Shown here piece by piece: positions 17,904 through 27,730 of a stretch of 43,709 nucleotides of DNA (positions within the stretch are counted from its first letter, which is position 1; each line of letters starts with the position of its first letter). Source of the stretch: an uncultured Rikenellaceae bacterium (lineage in GTDB: Bacteria > Bacteroidota > Bacteroidia > Bacteroidales > VadinHA17). Location: positions 1 through 43,709 of the forward strand of contig CAZCQC010000335.1 in NCBI GenBank assembly GCA_964500155.1. Direction: 5' to 3'. Made by a program: the position numbers and the translations under genes. The notes under the pieces were generated by a model, which saw nothing but the letters and a program-made list of their open reading frames with translations, did no database searches and was not told the origin of the DNA.

Positions 17904-19286
17904 ATGATAAATTACTATTCCAGGGGCAGAAAACTTCTAAAGTCTTATTTTACCGAAGGTCACGAACGAAGCATAAAAGCCAAGAAGAATATACTTGGAT
18001 CTTTTATGATCAAGATTTGCAGTATTGGTATAAGCCTTCTATTAGTACCTCTTACTATAAACTATGTAAATTCATCCCGTTATGGTATATGGCTCACTCT
18101 AAGTTCTATTGTTGCCTGGCTGAGCTTTTTTGATATTGGTCTTACACAGGGACTTCGCAACAGATTTGCCGAAGCAAGGGCTAAGAATGACGATTCGATC
18201 GCCCAGGTATATGTAAGTACAACCTATGCCCTGCTTGCAATTATTTTCGTGGCTATATGGGTTCTTTTCCTGATCTTCAATAATTTCCTGAACTGGTCCG
18301 GCATTCTCAATATTCCAGTCGATATGCAGTCGGAAGTATCAATGCTGGCTGTCATCGTCTTTTCATATTTCTGTTTGTCGTTCGTTTTAAAGATCATTAC
18401 CACTATTCTCCTGGCTGATCAGAAACCGGCAAAATCTTCTCTTATAGACCTCCTGGGTCAGGTATTTTCTCTTCTATTTATATTGATCCTTGTTAAAACC
18501 ACTCAGGGATCCCTGATAAAATTAGGTATCGCTCTTTGTATTTCCCCTCTGATTGTTCTGATCGGAGCTAACCTGATATTTTTCTCAGGGGCTTATAAAA
18601 AGTACCGTCCTGTAATTTCTTTGGTAAGGTTTAAGTATGCAAAAGACCTGTTCAACCTTGGAGTAATCTTTTTTATAATTCAGTTTGCAGGGATTATACA
18701 GTATCAGACCGCAAATATCATTATTGCGAGAAATTTCGGAACTGTGGATGTTACGGCATATAATATTGTATATAAGTACTTTAGTGTATTAAATATGATT
18801 TTTACTATTTTTATTATACCATTCTGGTCAGCATCTACGGAAGCATATCAGAAGAATGATATACAGTGGATAAAGAATGGGATTAAAAAATACAATCTGG
18901 TAAATATACTATTGGCACTTGCAGGTCTTGTCATGCTGATTTTTTCAGGTACTGTATACAGATTGTGGCTGGGTGAGGGAAAAGTTGATATTGCATTTTC
19001 ACTGTCCCTCTGGGGTTTTTTGTATTTCAATGTATTGATGTTCGGCGGAAAATATGTAAACTTTCTGAATGGGATAAGCGCCTTGCGTATTCAGTTTATA
19101 GCATGCCTGATAAGTCCGTTTCTATATGTGGCAATTGCAATTCTTTTGATCAGGAATTATCATCTGGGTGTTTATTCACTTTTTATTGCTTCAATTATTG
19201 CCAATTTTAACGGGTTTATTTTAGCTCCGTTACAGTATCACAAGATCATTGTAGAGAAATCAAAATCAGCCATCTGGTATAAATAA
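17904..19286 (+). CDS. wzx: Oligosaccharide flippase (Wzx / MOP-family polysaccharide biosynthesis protein)
   Basis: The 460-aa protein is hydrophobic throughout, with about 12 or more TM-like segments. Its N-terminus (KKNILGSFMIKICSIGISLLLVPLTINYV..SRYGIWLTL) is typical of Wzx. It is the first gene of the glycan locus. Confidence 0.75.
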   Translation: MINYYSRGRKLLKSYFTEGHERSIKAKKNILGSFMIKICSIGISLLLVPLTINYVNSSRYGIWLTLSSIVAWLSFFDIGLTQGLRNRFAEARAKNDDSIAQVYVSTTYALLAIIFVAIWVLFLIFNNFLNWSGILNIPVDMQSEVSMLAVIVFSYFCLSFVLKIITTILLADQKPAKSSLIDLLGQVFSLLFILILVKTTQGSLIKLGIALCISPLIVLIGANLIFFSGAYKKYRPVISLVRFKYAKDLFNLGVIFFIIQFAGIIQYQTANIIIARNFGTVDVTAYNIVYKYFSVLNMIFTIFIIPFWSASTEAYQKNDIQWIKNGIKKYNLVNILLALAGLVMLIFSGTVYRLWLGEGKVDIAFSLSLWGFLYFNVLMFGGKYVNFLNGISALRIQFIACLISPFLYVAIAILLIRNYHLGVYSLFIASIIANFNGFILAPLQYHKIIVEKSKSAIWYK

Positions 19287-19300
19287 GCCGCATTGATCGC

Positions 19301-20524
19301 ATGACGAAAATTATCCATATTCAGAAATCGGTCCTTTCAACCGGCAGAGCCCCGTTAAGACTTCACAATGCAATGCTGGAGGAGAATATTGACTCATCAA
19401 TATTCTCATTGGATTTTGATGTAAACCTGACTGACAGGATAAAGGTAGCCGGTAGAAATTCAAGAATCAAGGCAAGATTGGATGACTATTTTCAGTCGGT
19501 GATTTCCTGTAAAGTCAAAAGGCAGTTCGGAATGTTTTCTTACGTCGTTATAGGATCAGATGTTTCAGCACATGAATTCGTAAGGAACGCCGATATTATT
19601 TATCTGCACTGGGTTCAGGGAGGTTTTATGAACTTATCAAATTATCGTCAGTTGGCAAACCTCGGTAAGCCTGTAATAATTTTCATGCATGATATGTGGT
19701 CAATAACAGGCGGATGTCACCATAGTTTCGATTGTGATAAGTATAAGAAAGATTGTTTCAAATGCCAGATGTTTCCTGAGGAGTCAAAGATTGATTGGGC
19801 TCATATCGAATTCCGCAAAAAAAAGAAACTTTATTCTGATTTTAAAAATATCTATTTTGTATCACCAAGCAAATGGCTTTACAATTGCGCCAGACAATCA
19901 TTCCTTACAATAGACAAGCCTGTTTTTCATATACCTAATATAGTCGACACCAGACTCTATAAGCCAGTAGGCAGGAAGCTTGCAAGGAAACTTCTAAGTA
20001 TTGATGAGAATGATACAATAGTTGCCTTTGGTGCATTCTCAATTTCCAGTGCCTATAAGGGATGGAATGAACTTCTTAAGGCGCTTAATATACTCAGTTC
20101 AGGTGGATTATATAAAGACCTCACAGTATTAGTCTTCGGGGGTGGATATGACAGAGAGATTGCTGATAAAATCCAGTTTAAAACACGGTTTATGGGCTTT
20201 CTAAAGGACGAATACTCAACTGTTCTTGTTTATAATTCGATCGATGTTTTTGTTACACCTTCACTGGCAGATAACTTTCCGACAACAGTTCTTGAGTGTC
20301 AGGCTTGCGGTACTCCGGTTGTTGGTTTTGATGTTGGTGGAATCCCCGATATAATAAAACACCGCGAAAATGGGTATCTTGCGAAATACAGGGATCCGGA
20401 AGACCTTGCCAATGGTATCAGTTTTTGTCTTGAAAATAAAACAAGAGGTTATTTGCTGCCCTCATTTGAAATGGGAGATTTAGTAAGAAAACATAAGGAT
20501 CTAATAGCATCGGTTACCAAATAA
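19301..20524 (+). CDS. Glycosyltransferase, GT4-like (GT-B fold) with Cys-rich insert
   Basis: The C-terminal donor-binding motif reads VTPSLADNFPTTVLECQACGTPVVGFDVGGIPDIIKHRENGYL. The N-domain carries HDMWSITGGCHHSFDCDKYKKDCFKCQ. Confidence 0.8.
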   Translation: MTKIIHIQKSVLSTGRAPLRLHNAMLEENIDSSIFSLDFDVNLTDRIKVAGRNSRIKARLDDYFQSVISCKVKRQFGMFSYVVIGSDVSAHEFVRNADIIYLHWVQGGFMNLSNYRQLANLGKPVIIFMHDMWSITGGCHHSFDCDKYKKDCFKCQMFPEESKIDWAHIEFRKKKKLYSDFKNIYFVSPSKWLYNCARQSFLTIDKPVFHIPNIVDTRLYKPVGRKLARKLLSIDENDTIVAFGAFSISSAYKGWNELLKALNILSSGGLYKDLTVLVFGGGYDREIADKIQFKTRFMGFLKDEYSTVLVYNSIDVFVTPSLADNFPTTVLECQACGTPVVGFDVGGIPDIIKHRENGYLAKYRDPEDLANGISFCLENKTRGYLLPSFEMGDLVRKHKDLIASVTK

Positions 20525-20543
20525 TGGAATCCGATAAAATAAA

Positions 20544-21836
20544 ATGTCAGAAAACAACATAAAAATATTAGGAGAACCCGTTGACAGAACATCTATTGCT
20601 GCAATAAATTTGTTCTGGCTAGGATTCATGATTTATGCAGTCAGCTATACAATTTCAGCCACTGATGAGGTTAATTATGTGGTTTGCAACGTTTTTCAGC
20701 TGCTGGGATTATTTATGCTCCTACCATCTTCAGCCATATTGATCTATCTGAAAATTGATAACAGTTTTCTCCGGATGATATTTTTTACATTTATTATATG
20801 GCAGGTTGCAACAGTCATAAGAGGAATTGAATTCGATTATGAAGTAGCCAAGCAAATGCTGTTTGATCCAAATTCAGGTGTTTTCCTGTACCTGTCTCCT
20901 ATTATTATGCTGATACCGGTTAATATTACTTACCTTAAAAAGATCTTCCAGACAATAATAGTATTAAGTATCTTCTTCATTTTCTACGATATGATTTTTA
21001 TCAGGCAGCTTCTTTACCCCAGCGAGAATATGAGGAGCCAGGCTATGATTGAATTCTTTACACAACAGCTCAGCCTTTGCGGTGGATTTTTGCTGCTTAC
21101 CTATTTTTATCATTCAAGAAAGGCGAATCTGTTTATACTTTTTGCAATGGCTGCAACCTTCTTATTTGCAGTAATTAGGGCACGGAGAGGATTGATTTTC
21201 ATGACATTCAGTATACTGTTTTTCAGTTTCCTGATTTACCATTATATAAATAAGACAAAAGTTGTTAATATGGTCCTGTCATTATTTCTTATAACGATAA
21301 TAACTTTTATATCGATAAGGATCTATAATGAAAACCGCAAGGACACATTCAGCCTGATAACCGAACGTATTAATCAGCGTACCAGATCCGAAGTGGTTAA
21401 GTACTTCTACAGGGATATGCAGGCAAAAGACTGGATAATTGGCAAGGGTTTAAATGGTGAATACTTTTGTCCTGGTGTCACTGAAGGTGTCGGCAGGATC
21501 ACTATTTTCAGAAGAGTAGTTGAGACCGGATACCTTCAGGTAATCCTGAACGGAGGGTTGATAAGTCTTGTTCTTCTCCTCCTGATAGCGATTCCCGGTA
21601 TGATCAGGGGAATATTTTATTCAAAAAATATTCTTTCCAAAGCAGCAGGCATCTGGATATTCCTATTCCTGTTATTCATGTATCCGGGAACCATAACCAA
21701 GTTTTCAATGCACTATCTGCTTGTCTGGATTTCAATAGGCATCTGTTATTCAAAGCAGATTTGCAGTCTGCCGGATGAAACCATAAGAGAAATGTTTACC
21801 TCAAAACAGAAACTTGTTAGACAAAACCAGGAATAA
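20544..21836 (+). CDS. wzy: O-antigen/repeat-unit polymerase-like membrane protein (Wzy / O-antigen ligase family)
   Basis: The 430-aa protein has about 10 or more hydrophobic helices and one large hydrophilic loop (RKDTFSLITERINQRTRSEVVKYFYRDMQAKDWIIGKGLNGEYF). It sits between glycosyltransferase genes next to wzx. This family is poorly conserved, so the call rests on topology and context. Confidence 0.6.
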   Translation: MSENNIKILGEPVDRTSIAAINLFWLGFMIYAVSYTISATDEVNYVVCNVFQLLGLFMLLPSSAILIYLKIDNSFLRMIFFTFIIWQVATVIRGIEFDYEVAKQMLFDPNSGVFLYLSPIIMLIPVNITYLKKIFQTIIVLSIFFIFYDMIFIRQLLYPSENMRSQAMIEFFTQQLSLCGGFLLLTYFYHSRKANLFILFAMAATFLFAVIRARRGLIFMTFSILFFSFLIYHYINKTKVVNMVLSLFLITIITFISIRIYNENRKDTFSLITERINQRTRSEVVKYFYRDMQAKDWIIGKGLNGEYFCPGVTEGVGRITIFRRVVETGYLQVILNGGLISLVLLLLIAIPGMIRGIFYSKNILSKAAGIWIFLFLLFMYPGTITKFSMHYLLVWISIGICYSKQICSLPDETIREMFTSKQKLVRQNQE

Positions 21837-21856
21837 TATTATTTCTGTTTTATAAT

Positions 21857-23194
21857 ATGTCATTTAGAAGGATTTTAGTATTTGGTCAGCCTTTTAATAA
21901 TTTCTCCGGAGGAGGGATTACTCTTACAAACCTTTTCAAAGGCTGGCCGAAGGAGAAAATAGCTGTAACATATCTGGGTCATGGATTGGTAAACGTCACT
22001 ACCGATGTTTGCGATACCTATTATCAGCTGGGAAAAGAGGAGCATAAATGGAAATTCCCGTTTTATTTATTTCAGAAAGAATTTTCATCAGGTATTAAAT
22101 CAATTGAAGATAGAAAGGATATTCCGGTAAATTCCGCACAGAAAGGGTTCCGGCATATGGTTGTTAATAATTATTTCTATCCTTTTTTACGATGGGCAGG
22201 ATTATTCCATTTTACAACCACACTCTCACTTTCGGAAAAATTTAAAAACTGGCTCACCGAATTTGATCCCGAGATAGTATACCTTCAGGTGGCGGCACGT
22301 GATGAGATAGTTTTTGCGAAAGATCTGGTCGGGTATCTGAAAGTTCCGTCGGTTATCCATTTTATGGATGACTGGCCAACCACAATTAGCAGCCGGGGGC
22401 TTTTTAAAAGATACTGGTCACGTAAGATTGATACGGAATTAAAATCTCTTCTTGATAAGGTCGACTTGCATCTTAGCATAAGTGATGCAATGTCGGATGA
22501 GTACAAAAAAAGGTATAACAAGAAATTCCTGCCGTTTCATAACCCGATTGAAGTCGAAATATGGGCACCCTATGCAAAGAAGGATTTTAAGATCGATAAG
22601 AAATATGTTAATATTCTGTATTCCGGCAGGATAGGTGATAATGGTATTGCAGAATCAGTGGTTGAAGTTGCCTCAGCAATTGATTCAATGAAGGACGGGG
22701 AAGCAAATATTAAGCTTCATATCCAGACCCCGACTAAAGACAGGAGGATAATTGACAGGCTTACCAATTACAAGTGTGTAGTATTTAATCCTTTTGCAGA
22801 GTATAGTCAGATTCCAAAGATCTTTTCAGGTGCTGATATATTGCTACTTGCAAATGATTTCAGTTCTATGGGCTTAAAATACCTGAGATATTCGATGCCA
22901 ACAAAAGCGTCTGAATATATGATATCGGGAACTCCGGTTTTTGTTTATACCCCTGAAGTGGCAGCTGTTTCGAAGTTCTTCAGCAAAAATGAATGCGGAT
23001 ATTGCATTACCAAACAAAGCCGCGATGAAATTGTCAGGGCAATCAGGTATCTTATAAATGATGAGCAGTATCGGAAAAAGATTAGTCTTAATGCAGTTAC
23101 GCTGGCGAAGGAAAGATTTGATGCGGAAAAGGTCCGCCATAATTTCCAGAAACTTTTAACAAACCTAGACAAAAAAGATAATCATGTTCAATGA
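21857..23194 (+). CDS. Glycosyltransferase (GT-B fold, divergent)
   Basis: The N-terminus (ILVFGQPFNNFSGGGITLTNLFKGW) and the C-terminal motif (LLLANDFSSMGLKYLRYSMPTKASEYMISGTPVFVY) resemble GT4/GT1-type enzymes. Its 3' end overlaps the next gene by 11 nt. Confidence 0.6.
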   Translation: MSFRRILVFGQPFNNFSGGGITLTNLFKGWPKEKIAVTYLGHGLVNVTTDVCDTYYQLGKEEHKWKFPFYLFQKEFSSGIKSIEDRKDIPVNSAQKGFRHMVVNNYFYPFLRWAGLFHFTTTLSLSEKFKNWLTEFDPEIVYLQVAARDEIVFAKDLVGYLKVPSVIHFMDDWPTTISSRGLFKRYWSRKIDTELKSLLDKVDLHLSISDAMSDEYKKRYNKKFLPFHNPIEVEIWAPYAKKDFKIDKKYVNILYSGRIGDNGIAESVVEVASAIDSMKDGEANIKLHIQTPTKDRRIIDRLTNYKCVVFNPFAEYSQIPKIFSGADILLLANDFSSMGLKYLRYSMPTKASEYMISGTPVFVYTPEVAAVSKFFSKNECGYCITKQSRDEIVRAIRYLINDEQYRKKISLNAVTLAKERFDAEKVRHNFQKLLTNLDKKDNHVQ

Positions 23195-24200
23195 CAAGGT
23201 TCTTTTAATTACAGGAGGTACAGGTTCGTTTGGCAATGCTGTACTGCGCAGATTCTTAAATTCTGATATCAGAGAAATCCGCATATTCAGCCGTGATGAG
23301 AAAAAGCAGGATGATATGCGTCAGTTTTACAGCAATGACAAAATCAAGTACTACATCGGGGATGTACGGAATTATGAGAGCATTAAGAGTGCAATGAAAG
23401 GTGTGGATTTTGTTTTTCAGGCAGCAGCATTAAAACAGGTGCCATCCTGCGAATTTTTCCCCACTGAAGCTGTAAGAACAAATGTTCTTGGCTGTGAAAA
23501 CGTTCTGAATGCAGCTCTGGAAAATAATGTCAGCCGGGTAATAGTGCTAAGTACTGATAAAGCAGTTTATCCGATAAACGCCATGGGTATGTCAAAAGCC
23601 CTGAGTGAAAAAGTTATGATCGCAAAATCGCGCAGCCTGGTAAACACCGATCAGGTTTTCTGTGGGACAAGATATGGGAATGTAATGGCTTCAAGAGGTT
23701 CTGTAATCCCGCTTTTCGTTGACCAGATCAAAAAAGGGGATCCCCTGACAATAACTGATCCCCAGATGACAAGATTTATGATGACCCTCGATGGGGCAGT
23801 CGATCTGGTAATCTTTGCTTTTCAGAACGGGAAGCCTGGCGATATCTTTGTTCAGAAAGCACCTGCATCAACAATTGAAGTTCTGGCCAAAGCTTTGCTG
23901 AAGTTGTACAAGGCAAATAATCCCGTCAAAATAATAGGAACAAGACATGGTGAAAAGCTGTATGAAACACTTGTTAACAGGGAGGAACTTGCCAAGGCTG
24001 AAGACCTTGGCAATTATTACAGGATACCGGCTGATACCCGCGATTTAAACTATAACAGGTACTTTGTTGAAGGTGAAACACAGATCGCACAAATAGAAGA
24101 ATATACATCCCACAATACACACAGAATGAATCTTGAAGAGACACAGGACCTCCTGCTCCAGCTTGATTCAATCAGGGATGATATTAAGAAACTTAAGTAA
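23184..24200 (+). CDS. fnlA: UDP-N-acetylglucosamine 4,6-dehydratase/5-epimerase, CapE/FnlA/WbjB family (extended SDR)
   Basis: Several diagnostic stretches are present: MFNDKVLLITGGTGSFGNAVLRRFL, IRIFSRDEKKQDDM, AAALKQVPSCEFFP.EAV.TNV.G, STDKAVYPINAMGMSKA, TRYGNVMASRGSVIPLF and GTRHGEKLYE. The length of 338 aa is typical. The signature is CapE-like (NVMASRGSVIPLF) rather than PseB-like. Confidence 0.85.
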   Translation: MFNDKVLLITGGTGSFGNAVLRRFLNSDIREIRIFSRDEKKQDDMRQFYSNDKIKYYIGDVRNYESIKSAMKGVDFVFQAAALKQVPSCEFFPTEAVRTNVLGCENVLNAALENNVSRVIVLSTDKAVYPINAMGMSKALSEKVMIAKSRSLVNTDQVFCGTRYGNVMASRGSVIPLFVDQIKKGDPLTITDPQMTRFMMTLDGAVDLVIFAFQNGKPGDIFVQKAPASTIEVLAKALLKLYKANNPVKIIGTRHGEKLYETLVNREELAKAEDLGNYYRIPADTRDLNYNRYFVEGETQIAQIEEYTSHNTHRMNLEETQDLLLQLDSIRDDIKKLK

Positions 24201-24221
24201 AATAATCTTAATAACCTGAAT

Positions 24222-25445
24222 TTGCGAATAAAGTCGAAAACTGATCATCCGGAAAACATTTTAATTACATCATCGAATTTTCCAAAGGGGTCGGCTGCAG
24301 CAAACTTCCTGAATCTTTTTTGCAGGGGTATTGTAAGTTCAGGTTCCGGCATTGAAGTTTTTATTCTTAAAGGATATTTCCTTAAAGGCCGTAAGACAAG
24401 CGATGCCAAAATAAATAAAACCGATTACGGAGTTAATTATAAGTACCTTGCATTTGTCAACAGATCTTCAAATGGGTTAATGAAGATCATTGGCGATATC
24501 TATGGGTTATTCTCACTGATTTGCCTTCTCTTCTCCTTGTTTAAGAAAAGAAAGAAAACTACTGTTTTTTGTTATAACAATGAAATTCAGCACAGTCTTT
24601 TGCTGAATCTGTATTGCAGACTTACAGGGATAAAAATTGTGACATTTGTCCCTGAGTATTATGATATTTCTGAATTTTCAGGGAATATATTACGCAAGCT
24701 GAGATGGTACGGATTCTTGCTGAATTTCCACTATATAAACAGGCTCTCGGATAAACTGATAGTATTCAGTAAATACATTAAGTCTAAATATCTTGAAAAG
24801 AAATACCCGGAACATAACATTCTTGTGCAGCCTAACCTCACAGATTTTGAATTCTGGAAAAAGGATGACGAAGATCAGAGCTATACAATAGGATACAGTG
24901 GAACTCCATACAAAAAAGACGGGATCGAAGATCTTTTATCAGCGGTGGGAATACTTAAGGAAAAGGACATTGAAACGAGAGTCCTTATCATTGGGGATGT
25001 AGTTAATGAAAAATCGATTATTCCCTCATTGACTGAATTTTGCAATATGCTTGGAATCAGCAAATTGGTTTCATTTACCGGTCATGTGCCCATCGATGAG
25101 GTAAAAGAGTGGCTGAACAAGTGCAAAATCCTTGCTATTACAAGGCCTAATATAGTTCAGACCGTTGCAGGATTTCCAACCAAGATCGGAGAATATTTTG
25201 CCTGTAGCAAGACAGTCCTGTCAACCAGGATAGGTGATGTAAGCAACTATTTTATCGACAGGAAGGAGATTGTATTTGCAGAATCGGATAATCCACGATC
25301 GATCGCTGATAATATTGAATGGATATTAAATAATCAGGAGGCAAGCGGGAAAATTGCATTAAATGGTTTTAACAAAGCAAGGGAACTGCTCGATTATACG
25401 ATTAAAGTCCCGGAGATGATGGACTTTGTTAAAAGAAACCCTTAG
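24222..25445 (+). CDS. Glycosyltransferase family 4-like
   Basis: TTG start as given by the track. It has a GT-B C-terminal domain: YSGTPYKKDGIEDLL...LIIGDV...RPNIVQTVAGFPTKIGEYFACSKTVLSTRIGDV. Its position right after a CapE/FnlA gene recalls WbuB-type transferases, but that is context only. Confidence 0.7.
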   Translation: MRIKSKTDHPENILITSSNFPKGSAAANFLNLFCRGIVSSGSGIEVFILKGYFLKGRKTSDAKINKTDYGVNYKYLAFVNRSSNGLMKIIGDIYGLFSLICLLFSLFKKRKKTTVFCYNNEIQHSLLLNLYCRLTGIKIVTFVPEYYDISEFSGNILRKLRWYGFLLNFHYINRLSDKLIVFSKYIKSKYLEKKYPEHNILVQPNLTDFEFWKKDDEDQSYTIGYSGTPYKKDGIEDLLSAVGILKEKDIETRVLIIGDVVNEKSIIPSLTEFCNMLGISKLVSFTGHVPIDEVKEWLNKCKILAITRPNIVQTVAGFPTKIGEYFACSKTVLSTRIGDVSNYFIDRKEIVFAESDNPRSIADNIEWILNNQEASGKIALNGFNKARELLDYTIKVPEMMDFVKRNP

Positions 25446-25475
25446 ATTCAGATATACGTTCCTATATTCGGAAAC

Positions 25476-26636
25476 ATGACGGCGAAGAAAATATTAAGCG
25501 TCGGACATATGCAGTTCCCTCTTGGTCAGGCTCAGGTCCAGAGGCAGCTGCTGATGGCTAAGGCGATCATTCATGAAGGATTTGATGTTACAGTTCTTTG
25601 CCGTTACGGAATTCACAGAGAGGAAGACAGTATCAGTAATGAGGGTTTTTTCGAAGGTGTTCACTACGTATATTGCTCAGGATCCTCAATACGGCCTGAT
25701 GGTTTCTTCAGAAGAAATCTATCGAAATTAAAGGGAGTGTTCAATGAATACAGATATTACAGGGAATTTTCAAAAAACGGCCAGCTTGCAGGAGCTCTGG
25801 TGAGTACAAACTGGTTTCATAACATACTCTTCTATTTTTTGCTTGGGAAAATATTCGGGATCATTACCGTTGTAGATAACGTCGAATACTGGACTGCAAA
25901 CAAGAGCATAAAAGGATTCCAACGCTTTGATAAATATCTTTACGACAAGTTTTATTTTCATTTTGCAGATAAAATAATATGTATAAGTGATTTCTTAATC
26001 AGCAAAGTAAATTTATCAAGAAAAGGTAAGATTTTAAAGATACCCTCAATTACGGATTTCGATAAATTCAGACAAACCCACACTGACCCTATAGTTAAGA
26101 CGAAGTATTTTTTGTTTTGTGGTTCGAAGGCTTATTCCGAAATAATCGATTTCGTGATCTCATCATTTGAAGTACTGAATCAAAGAGATTTCAGCCTTGT
26201 TCTGATCACAGCTAATACCCGGAGTCTGATTGAAAGAATTGATAAATGTCAATTAATGGATAGGATAATGGTGATGACAGACATTCCCTATGCTGACCTT
26301 GTTAATTTATATGTCAACAGCGAGGCTTTGATCATTCCGATGAGGGACAATGATCAGGACAAAGCCAGATTCCCCCACAAGATAGGAGAGTATTGCGCTG
26401 CAGGCAGACCAATAATAACCAATAAAGTTGGAGAAATATTAAATTATTTTAACGAATCCAACTCATATTTATGCTCTGATTATAACATAACTGAATATGC
26501 GGAAGCAATGGCGAGAATTATTTCTGACCCCTTACATGCAAATGATGTGGCTAAGCATAGCCATCAGACTGGCTTACTTCATTTCAATTACAGATCATAT
26601 TCGAAACCAATAGTAAACCTGTTTGATCAGGCATGA
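25476..26636 (+). CDS. Glycosyltransferase family 4-like
   Basis: The GT-B C-terminal motif reads ALIIPMRDNDQDKARFPHKIGEYCAAGRPIITNKVGEI. The stop overlaps the next start (ATGA). Confidence 0.7.
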   Translation: MTAKKILSVGHMQFPLGQAQVQRQLLMAKAIIHEGFDVTVLCRYGIHREEDSISNEGFFEGVHYVYCSGSSIRPDGFFRRNLSKLKGVFNEYRYYREFSKNGQLAGALVSTNWFHNILFYFLLGKIFGIITVVDNVEYWTANKSIKGFQRFDKYLYDKFYFHFADKIICISDFLISKVNLSRKGKILKIPSITDFDKFRQTHTDPIVKTKYFLFCGSKAYSEIIDFVISSFEVLNQRDFSLVLITANTRSLIERIDKCQLMDRIMVMTDIPYADLVNLYVNSEALIIPMRDNDQDKARFPHKIGEYCAAGRPIITNKVGEILNYFNESNSYLCSDYNITEYAEAMARIISDPLHANDVAKHSHQTGLLHFNYRSYSKPIVNLFDQA

Positions 26637-27730
26637 AAATCCTTCATCTTATTTATGAACTTGTCCCGGGGGGGGCTGAGCGTTTTGTTATAGATCTGAC
26701 GAATGAATTGTCGAAAGATTGCGAGGTATCTCTTTATACCTTGCGTGATGACACTAAGGGAAACAGTGGATTTTATGTGCCTGAGATAAATGAAAGGATC
26801 AAATATGTAAATCTTAAGATCAAGCCGGGTTTTAACCCGTTATTGCTCCTGACTTTTTATAAAATACTAAGGAGTGAAAAGCCTGATATTGTTCATTGCC
26901 ATCTGAATCTTGTAAACTATTTCTTCCTGTTATCAGTATTATTTAAAAATAGAATCAGGTTCTTTTATACAATTCATAACTCTGCTGAAACTGAGGTCGA
27001 AACTGAACTGGAAAAAGCAGTAATGAGATTTTTCTTTAAACACAGGTATTTCGTTCCTGTTGCAATTTCAGATGAAACAATAGCCTCATATCAGCTCTTT
27101 TACAGACTTAACGATTTACCGGTAATTTACAACGGCCGTAAATTTAATGGCAAAACACCAGGTTATGAAAGCGTAGTCAATGAGATTTCTGAACTAAAAC
27201 CGACGAGCAGAACCAAAGTATTTTGTCATGTTTCGAGATATGATGAAAAACAGAAGAATCATAAGATGCTTGTATCTGTATTCAACAGGCTGTCAGCGGA
27301 GAATTTTGATGTGGTCTTATTGATAATAGGAGAGGGATTTGAGAGAGCATCAGAGCTTAAAAAGCTGGCAAATAAGAACATTCATTTTATTGGAATAAGA
27401 TCTAATGTGACTGATTATCTGTATGCCTCAGATGCTTTTTGTTTAAGCTCCAATTTTGAAGGTATGCCCATTTCGCTTATTGAAGCCTTTGCATGTGGGT
27501 GTCCTTCGATCTGCACACCGGTCGGAGGTATTGTCAACAGTGTGAAACACGGGGAGACAGGATTTCTTTCAAAAAGTCTGTCTGAGGATGATTATCTTGA
27601 AGCTGTAAAACAATTCATAATCTCTTACGAATCAATTGATAAGGAGAGACTGATAAGATTTTATCATGAAAATTTCAGCATCGAACAATGCAAAACAAGT
27701 TATATGAATTTATATAAAAGTAACGAATGA
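26633..27730 (+). CDS. Glycosyltransferase family 4
   Basis: The N-terminus is MKILHLIYELVPGGAERFV. The C-terminal motif is CLSSNFEGMPISLIEAFACGCPSICTPVGGIVNSVKHGETGFL (an E-x7-E-type motif). Confidence 0.85.
   Translation: MKILHLIYELVPGGAERFVIDLTNELSKDCEVSLYTLRDDTKGNSGFYVPEINERIKYVNLKIKPGFNPLLLLTFYKILRSEKPDIVHCHLNLVNYFFLLSVLFKNRIRFFYTIHNSAETEVETELEKAVMRFFFKHRYFVPVAISDETIASYQLFYRLNDLPVIYNGRKFNGKTPGYESVVNEISELKPTSRTKVFCHVSRYDEKQKNHKMLVSVFNRLSAENFDVVLLIIGEGFERASELKKLANKNIHFIGIRSNVTDYLYASDAFCLSSNFEGMPISLIEAFACGCPSICTPVGGIVNSVKHGETGFLSKSLSEDDYLEAVKQFIISYESIDKERLIRFYHENFSIEQCKTSYMNLYKSNE
26668..26675 (+). repeat. G8 homopolymer tract in codons 12-15 of a glycosyltransferase gene
   Basis: The sequence is ccg ggg ggg gct (P-G-G-A of the GGAE loop). 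It is the longest G run I found in the window. The equivalent Gly-Gly codons in the sister GT genes use GGA/GGT mixes. Confidence 0.9.

Noticed and set aside
19817-19824. A8 runs inside coding genes (19817-19824, 31939-31946, 35766-35773) as additional phase-variation tracts
   Set aside because: Poly-A/T runs of 7-8 are common in this AT-rich sequence, mostly encode Lys-rich stretches, and are much less slippage-prone signals than the G8 tract. They are not distinctive.
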